From positions 53,382,001-53,446,000 of the forward strand of contig OX597819.1 of the NCBI GenBank assembly GCA_951406725.2: DNA of 64,000 nucleotides, in the 5' to 3' direction. The stretch is from Octopus vulgaris (Eukaryota). The notes under the pieces are model-generated. The model saw nothing but the letters and a program-made list of their open reading frames with translations. It searched no databases and was not told where the DNA came from. Shown piece after piece: positions 40,069 to 52,351 of the stretch. Each line of letters starts with the position of its first letter. The first letter of the stretch is position 1. The translations under genes were made by a program, and so were the position numbers.

Positions 40069-40185
40069 ATTTAAACAAAAATTACTTGCTTCGTCAGAAT
40101 TAAAACAGTAGAACGTAACAACATTAATGATGGTCTGTCTGCATCTTCAAATACTAAATACAAACAGTTCACAAACTGAAAATAT

Positions 40186-40372
40186 ACTCTTTTACTTGTT
40201 TCAGTCATTTGACTGCGGCCATGCTGGAGCACCGCCTTTTTAGTTGAGCAAATCGACCCCGGGACTTATTCTTTGTAAGCCCAGTACTTATTTTATTGGT
40301 CTCTTTTGCCGAACCGCTAAGTGATGGGGACGTAAACACACCAGCATCGGTTGTCAAGCAATGCTAGGGGGA

Positions 40373-40412
<40 letters not shown>

Positions 40413-40424
40413 TACATACATACA

Positions 40425-40462
<38 letters not shown>

Positions 40463-40638
40463 ACATACATATATACGACAGGCTTCTTTCAGTTTCCGTC
40501 TACCAAATCCACTCACAAGGCATTGGTTGGCCCGGAGCTAAAGTAGAAGACACTTGCCCAAGATGCCATGCAGTGGAACTGATCCCGGAACCATGTGGTT
40601 GGTTAGCAAGCTACTTACCACACAGCCACTCGTGCGCC
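40186..40638 (-). mobile_element. SINE family A, full length
   Basis: Reverse complement of the 13212 copy at high identity. Confidence 0.9.
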
Positions 40639-41457
40639 TATGTTTGTTTATTTGTGAGGAAGAGGAGAGGTGTGACATTACAAATAGGGCAGGCCCTTCG
40701 TAGGAAGGGGAGAAAGTGCACACATTTTTGTATATAACTTTATACTGCTTATTATTTTCTTACTCTGGAACAGTTTGACTTTACTCTTCCTCACAGCAAA
40801 CTAAGTCTCACTCTATGAATAGCTTGTATTCATTGTATGAAGAAAAGAAGGGTTAAAAAATTATGAATGGAATATCATAAAATTATTATGGCTGCTGTCA
40901 GTTGTCATAGTAATTTTGGCATGACTGTGGGCAGCAACAATAATGTAATATACCCATAAGATAATATTTGCAAGAATAATAATTATATGATATTATTCCA
41001 CCAATAGTTTATTAATCCTTTTTATCTTTTTAAAGAAAAAGTTCTTTCCAATTTTTTCTTTAAACCAGATGCTTTAAAAACTTTTATTTGAAGATTTAAG
41101 AAAAGAAAGCTTCGTTTCTTAAGCTTAATACAACACAATGAGAACTCTAGTGTAAAGAAGATAGACATTTTAACACATTAAGTACCAGAGTTTCCTTCTG
41201 CTCACTCACAAAACAAAAAGAAAAAAAATCCAACGAACAAGCCTAAGCTCAAAGAAATTTCAAATAATCATACATAATTACATCAAGGCATAGCCAAAGC
41301 TAACAATTAAAACACCTACAAGTACACTTACATTAAATATTTATAACCAAGTCAGTAAATATATATGCTTCTTTATTGGCTGACATACACAGTGTGCAAA
41401 TTTACTCTTCCACATTTTTAAAAATTAAAAATAAAGGTAAAAAATATATATAGCACG

Positions 41458-41521
<64 letters not shown>

Positions 41522-42740
41522 ACACTCTGAAGAGACCATTTGAAATAAATTTAAGTATGTAAGGAGGAAAGAATCTTGCTTTTACCAAGAGTGTCCTCCT
41601 AAGAGCACTTCTATTTTATCTATTACACCAAGTAGTTTTGTATACAATCTTAATTTAAGTCGTTCAAGACAAGTACACCTCTTCAGCTGGTTCCAAGTAC
41701 ATGTTTTAGTCTCTGAACTCACTGATAAGTACCTGATCTTCACAGAGGATTGTTGTCAAATGACAGCAAGGTTCAAGTGGTGATATGATGAACGAGAATA
41801 GCATGTTTACGTGGGTGCACGCTCTCACAAAGTGTTGCAAGAACAGATTGTTAGATGAAATAATCAAAACAATAAAGTTCATAATTTAGCACTATTTCAA
41901 AAGTCAAATTTTATTTGCATCAGAAAAATTTCGCAATGAAGATGCACTACAAGTTGATTGATTCACAAGGCCTTGTGAGTGGATTTGGTAGACAGAAACT
42001 TAAAAAGAAGCTCTTCATATATGTGTATTATATAAACATATAAGCATTTATGACTATATGTTTAAGTGTGGGTAGAGGTATGTACTTGTGAGTATATGTG
42101 TGTGCACATAATTGTACATGTGTGTTTCATGTCACTTTTGTCATGATATCATGTGTGACAGTTGTGAATAAGTATCGCCATCATACAAATGATGTCCCTT
42201 ATTTCCAATCTTCCATGGAAACATGTCGAGCTATGTAGAAATATTACTTGCTTAAAAAAACAGATGAGTGATGGGGATAGGAAAGGCATCTAACCATAGA
42301 AAATCTGCTGCAACAAATTCTGTCGGACCCAGACAGACGTAGAAATGATGATAGTACCATTCAAGAACCACTATGTGGTTACTCAATCTGCTAGAAATAG
42401 TAGACAAGCTTGCATCCAATCAAAAACAAAAAATGGTGAGGGTGCATTATATAATGTATCCTTAAAGACCTCAAAAGTGACAGCTGGAATGCCTTTGAAC
42501 TGCTAAGTTAAATTGGGACACTAAACAACAATCCTTAAATGGTAAAAATCAAGATCAACACCGGTATAAACTGAACTAAAAAATTTTCATGTGATACAAA
42601 GCAACAAATTTGACTAAAATAGCAAACAAACCAGACCTAGTTTTTAAACTATTTCCCCTCATTTTATTATCTAATTATCCATAAGTCATTATCTAAAGTA
42701 TTTTTTTACTAATCTTCTAATCTACAAACATTAATAAGAA

Positions 42741-42784
<44 letters not shown>

Positions 42785-43382
42785 ATAGTGTGTGTGTGTG
42801 TGACATCTACAATAAGTTCATTCATTCACTTAATGTCCATATTTTTCCATGCCAGTATGGATTGGATGGGGATATATCAGAGGTAAGATTTTAAGACCAG
42901 GTGTTCTTCCTAACACACACCCCAAAGTAAAGGATTTCATATTTCCACAGATTTCTAAAAGTGCAGAGCAGCCAGTCATAACATCAACAAAGAAGGTAAA
43001 CATCATTTACCATGTTGCTGAAGCAATGCTGCAGGATGTGCACATGTATACACAAACACTTCCTACAATTACCCCCTACCAAATTCACTCACAAGGTATT
43101 GATTAAATAATGAAAATAAAATTCTTTCCACTCCTATCATCTTCTTTATTTTTATGTCTGTTTTTTTCATGTTGGCATGGGTTAGACAGAATATTTTAGA
43201 CAGTGTTTTATGATCAGTCATTTTTCATGATGTATTCTTTTTAGTCACCTACTAGAGCATACAGTGTGATTATTCAGAAAATCTGGATACATGGCAACAG
43301 TGATTTTGAAAAATTGAAAATGTACACACACACACACAGAGCAGTCATGTTGTAACTAAACCATAAATAAATGGTTTCAAAT

Positions 43383-43696
43383 ATTCTTCCCTACTCTAGG
43401 AACAAGGCCCAAAATTTTGGGGGAAGGGGTGCAGTCGATTAGACTGATCCCAGTATGCAACTGGTACTTAATTTATCAACCCCCGAAAGGATGAAAGGCA
43501 AAGTCGACCTTGGCGGAATTTGAACTCAGAACGTAAAGACAAACAAAATACCACTAAGGATTTCGCCCGGAGTACTAACATTTCTGCCAGTTCACCGCCT
43601 TAATGGTTTCAAATATTGGCACAAGGTCATCAATTGAATATTACATCAGCTCCAATATTCAAGTGGTACTTATTTTACCCCACACACACACACACC

Positions 43697-43766
<70 letters not shown>

Positions 43767-44288
43767 AATGAAAGTCAAATTTGACCGAGTCAGAGTTTGA
43801 ATTCAGAACATAAAGAGCTGGAAGAAATGCCACCAAGCATCTTGACTGACTTGCTAATGATTCTTTTCTACTCTAGGCACAAGGTCCGAAATTTCTGGGG
43901 AGGGGGCCAGTCAATTAGATCGAACCAGTATGCAACTGGTACTTAATTTATCAACCCTGCAAGGATGAAAGGCAAAGTTGACCTCGGCAGAATTTGAACT
44001 CAGAACGTAAAGACAGAAGAAATATTGCCAAGCAATCCACCCAGCGTGCTAACATTTCGTATTTCTTTATTGCCCACAAGGGGCTAAACATAGAGGGGAC
44101 AAACAAGGACACACAAAGGGATTAAGTCGATTACATCGACCCCAGTGCATAACTGGTACTTAATTTATCAACCCCAAAAGGATGAAAGGCAAAGTCGACC
44201 TTGGCGGAATTTGAGAACGTAGCGGCAGACGAAATACTGCTAAGCATTCTGCCCAGCATGGTAACGTTTCTGCCAGCTCACCGCCTTT
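43383..44288 (-). mobile_element. Cluster of four head-to-tail family B SINEs
   Basis: Repeated ggatgaaaggcaaagtcgacc..gaatttgaactcagaacg blocks at about 43490, 43765, 43963 and 44180. Confidence 0.85.
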
Positions 44289-45923
44289 AAACCATAAATA
44301 AAAGAAGAAGAAAATGATATATTTTAAACTGAATATATTTCATAGTCACTCTTACCATCCATAATCTCATATATATACTTTATGTAAATCTGTAACACTA
44401 TCTAATGAAACAAGAAAATTACATCAATCAAATACAAACCATTAACTGTCCTTAAAAGAAATTTTATCTACAGACACCTATATTAAATGACAATAGTAAT
44501 TTTATTAATAATAGAAACTTAATTAGGAGAAAAATAATATTAGTTGCCATAGAGGCGTCGTATATAGTATAAATCTAAACATTATATGGTATTTGTTGTA
44601 GTAAGAGCAATATCTCTAAAAGTGAAATCATATATTATTTATTGAAAAACAATGTGAACAAGATATTGCTTTCTGATTTTGGCACAAGGCCAGCAATTTC
44701 GGAGGAGGGGATTAGTCAATTACAACAACCCCAGTGTTCAACTGGTACTTATTTTATCAACCCTGAAAGGATGAAAGCAAAGTCAACTTTAGCAGAATTT
44801 GAACTCAGAACATGAAGACGGATGGAATTCTGCAAAGCATTTTGCCTGCCGTGCTACCAATTCTGCTAGCTTGCCACCTTACTGTGAACAAGACATTGAG
44901 GTAATTAATGATGGGTCAGTAACTTTAGAAAAGAGAAAAAGATCTCATGGGGTTTTTTTTAACTACTACTACTACTACTACTCTCTCTCTCTCTCTCTTT
45001 CACATGTTAGTTAAGAAGGCCTGAGTGAGAGGAAAGATATCCTCAAACTGGAAACCTGAACCCAAGGCTTGCAACAAATTACATCTATCAACCAAAGCAG
45101 CATTTGAACTTAAGGCAATGAACTGGAATGAATACCACAAGGTATCTCTTCCAACAATCTCCCACCCCCGGTTGATTGTCTGAGACTGATATTTTATTGA
45201 CCCAAGAAGAGTGAAAGATAAAGTAGACAATGGTAAGATTTGAAGTGAGAATGCAAGGTACTGGAATATTTACCAAAATGTATTCTACCTAGCACACCTA
45301 TGACTCATCCAGTTCACTACCCTAATCTATCTTGACCATAACAAAAACCAATTCAAAGGATTCCATGTCCAAGAAAGATCTGTGGTCACTCTGCCTGCTA
45401 AAAATAGCTGTCAAGTTCCCTTTAAATCACACACAACTGTCTTAAAAAGAATATGTTAGATAAGGTAGTTTTAAGTACACTTTACCTGAAAAAGAAAAAG
45501 GTTAGTTACAGTTTCATAGGTGAGACACCTTTGATCATGCAGATGGCTTGCATTTGAACAACTAAAGGACATTGGTAATCATAAAATCCAGATTTAAGTC
45601 CTGTGTTTTACTTAAAAAAATAGGTGTTAGGTACCAGAACAATAGTAAAAGAACAAGGCTGAATCCTAGAAAATTCAATTGCCATAAAGCTAAAGCTAAG
45701 TCTTGTGAAGAGCCTTACAATTTTCCTTGATAGTGTTTAATGGCAAGCTTAAATGAATGATTTTACCAGAATAGTTAACATTTCATTGTTGCTCTTCTGT
45801 TATAATTGTATGAAAAGTTTTAAATAATTGGAAGAAGCAAGAGATGCCATGAGAGAAATGCCAGTGATAACAGCTAAACACAAACTGAATCAGTGAATAT
45901 ATAAAGTCCTTGTTTATACATAC

Positions 45924-46096
45924 CTCCTGCCTTTCATTTAATTTGAACTGCTTGTCGAAATTGACATTGGCGTGAAGCTCTGCCAAAGGCTGGAATAACT
46001 GCAGATTTATGTCTTCACGTAGAGGGTATATCTGTTTCCATGCTGGGTTTACAACATCTCTAACAACATAGCGAAGATTTTCCGGCCACAGCATCT
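45924..46096 (-). CDS. Internal coding exon (173 bp, phase 1 to 0) of an unidentified large-intron gene: (E)MLWPENLRYVVRDVVNPAWKQIYPLREDINLQLFQPLAELHANVNFDKQFKLNERQE
   Basis: Acceptor atattttcag|AG and donor CAGGAG|gtatgt on the minus strand. Open frame with normal amino-acid composition, higher GC than the flanks, non-repetitive. Product not recognised. Confidence 0.8.
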
Positions 46097-46939
46097 CTGA
46101 AAATATATTGCAAAATTTTTTTGCTTTTAAATGATTAAGTGAATAAATAAAAATAAAGGAGCAAAACAAAAAAAAGTTTTCCCGAAAGCCTCTAAGAACA
46201 AGCCAGTAGTAGGCTTCCATCAGATGCATAATGAAACATTCTGATATTATATAATATACAATACAATCAAGAAACAAAGGTGAATGTAATGGTATATGTT
46301 TTTTTTTTTTTAAATCATGATGTAAATTTTTTTTGGTGTGTGTACAGCTGTCCAATCCATGCCAGCATAGAATATGGATGCTAAATAATGATGATTATAC
46401 TTTTTAGGTCAATATTTTATTAGACTTTATATGAGTATGTATCAAAGTTCTAGAATTTGATTCATTCTGATGACATCATCATCATTTTATGTCCACTGTC
46501 CATGATGACATGGGTTGGACAGTTTGACCAAGGTTGGCAAGCTGGAAAGCTGTATCAGGCTCTAATCTGATTTGGCATGGTTTCAACAGCTAGATGCCCT
46601 TCCCAATGCCAACCACTCCAAGGGTGTAGTGGGTGCTTTTACAACATTTCTTGAATTTATTAAAACAACAAACAAGAAAAGAAAGATAATTCTTACAGTC
46701 AGCAAGAAGACCATAACTGCAAGCATCAGCTTCAGACGGCTAATATTTAAAATTTCCCAAGTGCAGGGAGACAGTTATAAGACGTTTTGGCACAATTTAT
46801 CTTTAGTGCCACTGATTCGACAGCACTGCTAATTCAACACGGAGTTATTTGACATGAAACTTTTCACTTTTTTATCTCGTTTTATCACAAACAAAATATT
46901 TGTGTCTATTTTTTTTTTTTCCATTTGGGTTTTGTGGAT

Positions 46940-47705
46940 TAGTTTCAAGACTAGGTTTTTCCACTCGTCATAGGTTTTGAGGCACTTAGCACCTTGAGAA
47001 ATGTCCTCATCACTTCTACCCACATCTTTGGACTACCACTTCTGCAAACTCTTATACACGTTATTACACACTTTTTCATCTATCTTTCTTCGCTCATATC
47101 ACATTAATAGCTCTGCAATTTTTCCTTGTACATTGCACTGAGATACCTGTGGCACCCAGTTTTTCTCTCAGCCTAATCATGTTCTTTTCATCCCTTGCAT
47201 ATCATCCACATTCAGCACTCATGTCTAGATACCATACAATATTACACTCCATGCAAGGCAGCAAGCTGGCAGAATTGTTACTGTGCCGAAAAATTGCTTG
47301 GCGACAGTTCTTCAGACTTTATGTTCTGAGTTCAAATACTGCCGGGGTCAACTTTACCTTTCATCCATTTGGGGTTGATAAAATAAGTACCAGTTGAGCA
47401 CTGGGGTCAATATAATCAACTTACCCTCTCTTCCAAAGTTGCCGGCCTTTATGCCAAAATTTGAAACCTATCCTCTGGCCCCTGTGCCAGTGGAACATAT
47501 AAAGCAGCCACTACACTCTCAGAGTGGTTAGCATTAGGAAGGGCATCCAGCTGTAGAAACACTGCCATATCAGATTGGGGCCTGGTGCAGCCTCCTGACT
47601 TCCCAGACCCCAGTCGAACCGTCCAACCCATGCCATCATGGAAAGCAGACATTAAATGATCATGATCATGATTACACTCGATACATAAACATAAAATAGT
47701 CTGCT

Positions 47706-47775
<70 letters not shown>

Positions 47776-48200
47776 TTGTTGTCAATATAGAGGTAATAGA
47801 TACTTGAACTTCATCCACTCCAGCCTTACTCTGGCTCCAAATTTTCGCAAGATCAGCCTTTGCTACAGATAGGTCCCTTGAATAACAAAATTAACTTATC
47901 ACCTACATCTAACAAGCGTTGTGCTATTTCTGCTTGCTACTTCTGTGCATCTATAAAATAATAAACTCCTGCTGCTCTATCAACCTATCCAATACACTTT
48001 TTGTGTACCTGTTATTTTCACTGGGTGCATAGTATAGAACTTTTACAATTTCCCTTCCTGCATATAAAGCAACTGCTACTAATTTCCAGTATGGAGCAGT
48101 AGTGTTATCATCTTTTCTGTTAAGACTTTTCAGTTTTGCTAAATTGACTTCAATCCTATCAATTCTAAACCCTGCTTTCTATTTAGGCATTTTTACTCTA
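46940..48200 (-). mobile_element. Decayed RTE-clade LINE fragment, interrupted by SINEs and (TC)n
   Basis: Remnants ARVRLEWMKFKYLLP..LTTK and GVILYG resemble the RTE ORF2 C-terminus. Confidence 0.7.
47255..47670 (+). mobile_element. Family B SINE fused to a family D 3' part inside one TSD pair
   Basis: ATTACACTCCATGC (47241-54) and ATTACACTCGATAC (47671-84) flank the composite. Confidence 0.65.
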
Positions 48201-51200
48201 ATTCTTAGAATGATTTGGCTATGGGAATTAAAACATTAGCATGAAGCAGTTCACACAAGCAACCAGAATTTCATTTTAATTTTTCTGAAGAACTACAATA
48301 AACAAGAAGAGACTGGGGAACCAGGTCCTGGCAGACAACTATTAACATGCTAAATTCCTCAATGCACTCATTACCTAACTCTTATGCACAAACACACTTT
48401 CTTCATTACTGCATTACATAAGGAACTCAAAGTTACTGCAACATCACTGACTTTATCAAAACATTGTTTCGTTCAATTATGGAACATTCTAACTTTCAGA
48501 TTCATATTCAGAATAGACTGGAGCCAAGACTAAGAAATATAAAAGTCCAGTTTGTCAATCAGATAAACAAATATACACCATTTTTAAGTACAATGGAAAC
48601 ATGCTTTATTATTTTTTTTTATGTAAATCAATAAACTTTTCTTTTATCTGAAGCTATAACAAGTTTCTGAAGTAAGATTAATAAAGTGAGGCAAGACAAG
48701 AAAGAGAATAAACTATAACTGATATAAAATCCTTCTATAAACATCAGTTAAATGGAATAGTTTCTTAATACATGCTAAATTAGAAAAGAAATTAAACCAG
48801 ACAGCAACAATAATAACAACAAGTCCAAAAATCCATTTCATGCAACAGAAGTAGTATTAGATTAAAATAGCCAATTATGTATCATACTTAAAGTAAATAC
48901 ATTGTGAGAGGCAATTTTACTGCTGTATTCGTCCTGAGATAACACCTCTAATGGACATGCTGTGTTTAAAAACACAATATATATTCAAGGGAGATGGAAA
49001 TTTCCCAACAGAGGCTAGTGATAATGCTAGATGCAATTCTACTTCATTTGGCATTGCAGAGTGTACTCACAGTCAATTGCATGCTTAGATGAAATTTGTC
49101 GCCACCAATATTATAGAAAACCAGTGAATAAACAATCACTGATGATGTAAATAGCTGCTCAATTGAATAAAAATTCATTATATGCAACATAAACAGTATT
49201 AGATTGAAATAGCAATCTACACATCATATTTAATATCAACACTGTGAAAGGCAAATTTATTGTGCTATTCATCCGAAGTAAATGCTGTTTTAAAAATACA
49301 ATATCTATCATAGAGAAAGGACAAAGAAATAATGAAAAATAAATAAGTCTTAAAGATCTACGTAGCTGGCTCTTGGCCACAGTTATTATTTACAGAAACT
49401 GCAGGGATTCCCAACAGCTACAAGATTATATCTTATGTTCTTTGAAAATGATAAAATGAAAGCAAAGAAGAACGATAATTCTACAGCTGTTACATGAGGG
49501 ATGAAATATCAGCTTTTGTTTAGTATGACAAGTATTGCAACTTTGAAATGCCATTCAATGAACTTAAATAAATGCAACATGACCTGCATCTTGAAATAAA
49601 TGCAACATGACCGGCAACATGAAGTAACTGCTTCGACACTGCAAATTAAGTTGACAAAGCATAACAAATATACTGCTTATTATAAAGATAACCATGTGTG
49701 GTACATGCACACAGCCTTTGTTATTCTTTAGGGAAGGAAGGGAAGGAGCGAGAGGGAGGGAGGAAGGGGAATGGAAAAGAAGGATGAAGGTGGCGGGGAG
49801 AGAAGAGAAGAAAGGAAGGAAAACTCTAGTACAGGATTGATACTTTATCAACCCAGAAAGGATAAAAGGTAGAGTTGACCATGGCAATATTTGAACTTAG
49901 CATGTTGAGAACCTGAAGGAATGCTGCAATGCAATGCACCTGACATTAACAACACTGCCAATCCAACCCTTCACTAATCCTTATGTGACCCAACTGCCAA
50001 ACACCACAAGTCTAAAGGGTGTACATGCATACAAACATGCATGCCTGTTTGTGAGCAAAGATGTATGACAGGTTCATAGCAGAAATCGTTGAAAAGTTTG
50101 CTTCAGTCACAAAGGTCTCAGGTTCAATACTACTATGCAGTGGTTTTGGGGGAAGGGTCCTCTGGCATAGCCTCCGATAGCCTTGCAAGTGAAAATGGGT
50201 AGAAACTAAATGGAAACCGTGAGGAAGCCAGTTGCATTGAGTGGACCTGTATTTCAAGAGCCTAGCTTTGTCACATGCACTATCACAGTGAGAATCATGT
50301 TGAGGTCGGAAGTAATTATCAACATCAACATCATTTTAACATCCACTTTTCTATTGTTGCATGGGTTGGATAGAATTCATTGAAGCAGGTTTTCTATGGC
50401 AAGTTGACCTTCCTGTTGCTAACCCTCACCCACTTTCAAGTAATGTAATATTTCCCCACTGCCATATGTTTCCACAGAAGATTGAAAATGAAGGACACAA
50501 CTTATATGATGGTGATGTCCATTTACAAATATCACATGATCTTGAGACGAGGAGACATTAAAAGCACACACAATGAGCTTCTTACAGTTTGCATCAAAAC
50601 CAGTCACAAGGCTATAGTAGAAGATACTTGCCCAAGGTGCTATACAATGGGACCAAACCCAACACAATGTGATTGGAAAGAAGACTTCTTAACCACAGTA
50701 TCTGTGGAATTCTCAATGAGTAGGTCTGCTGACTGATATCCTAAGATCACAGTGCCACACAAAAAGTGGTGGTGCCATGTAAAAAGTACTGGTGCTGGTG
50801 CCATGTAAAATGCACAGGTGATGGTGCCACATAAAAAACATTGGTGACACATAAAAGGTAACCAGTACATTCTGTAAAGAGGTTGGAAATAGGAAAGGCA
50901 TCCAGCTGTACAAAACCTTGCCAAAACAGACTATGAATCTGATACAGCCCCTGGCCTTACCAATTCCTGTCAAGGCATCTAATCCATGCCAACATGGAAA
51001 ACGGATGTGAAATGAAGATGATGATGGTAAACAACTGCAACAGATGTTCATCAAAAACTGACATGATATCTATTCATTTCATACAAGCATGGAACTGGAA
51101 AGGCATAGAATCCTGAATTGAACAAGCCTGCACACATGTATGTGCACATGTATGTGTGTATAATTGTATAAATGCACATGTTAAACATTCACAAACAAAA

Positions 51201-51718
51201 TGCATTAGCTTCTCTCTAAGAAAAAAAAAATGAAAAACATGCAAACACCAAGCAACCAACAAACATCAGTTATTTTTCAACTACAACTACTAGAACTGGA
51301 TATCATCACAATAACACCAAGCAAACACACACACACACACACACAAAACAGCTTAAAGTGCCTTTCAGGTTGTGTTGTAGTGGCATCCAGTCACCCCATA
51401 CATAATTCTACTCCTAACATTCCTACCTCCACCTCCCTTGTTCCTCCCTAATCATAATCACTTCACCACTTAACAGTCATAAAAAAAAAAAGAAATTTTT
51501 TTTTTTTTTAAATAAAAACAAGAAAACCTGTTGACATTTTGTTTGGGAATAAACTTTAAAAACTCATGTCTCAACATGGAAGCACAAGACAAGTTTCAGC
51601 AGAAACACATGCTTTGCAAACAAGCTTGATTTACTGTTGGCTGCTAAAGCAAACAAATGATGCACTGAAAAGTGAGTAGAGGTGAAAGGTGTGGGGAGAG
51701 GAGGAGGGGTGAGACAGA

Positions 51719-51774
<56 letters not shown>

Positions 51775-52313
51775 AGTGCAAGAAAGAGTTAGAGTAGGAG
51801 AAAGTGCCATATGCAAGAGACAGAGAAAGACTTGAGGGAAAGGAGAGAAAGGGAAAGAGAAATAGAGAGTTTAGTGTAAGAGAGAGTGGAAAGAGAGAGA
51901 GAGTTAAATTTATGAGGGAGGGAGAGAAAGAAAGCTAAGTGAGTGACAGAGACAGTGAAGTGAGCAACAGAGAGAGAGTGCTAAATGAGAAAGAGAGAGA
52001 CAGACAGACAGAGAGAGAGAGAGTTAAGTGACAGAAAAAGATACAGATAGATATTCAAAAGAGAGAAAGAGAGAGAGAGAGAGAGAGACAGTTGAAAGAA
52101 ACAGTAAGAGATGAAGAGGGAAAGTAAAATGAGAGAACAGGAAGAAAGTAGTGAGAGAGAGAGGGGGGGAGAGAATTTAATTAGACAGAAGGAGAACTGA
52201 GAGAGAGATAATTGGGGTATTCCAAAAGTTTTAGAGACCAACCTATGACAAATAAACAATAATTTGAGATTACTGGAAGGAATCAGCATCAGATACAAAA
52301 CTTTTGAAACATC

Positions 52314-52351
<38 letters not shown>

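Noticed and set aside
41521-41561. Second hammerhead-like string CTGAAGA-GACCATTT-GAAA-TAAATTTA next to (TA)n
   Set aside because: Stem II has only 2 weak pairs, stem III does not pair beyond the first position, and stem I is marginal. Compatible with chance in AT-rich DNA.
45783-46355. 190-aa ORF as a single-exon gene
   Set aside because: Only 45924-46096 looks coding; the flanks are T-rich intron and a SINE tail, and splice sites bound the coding part.
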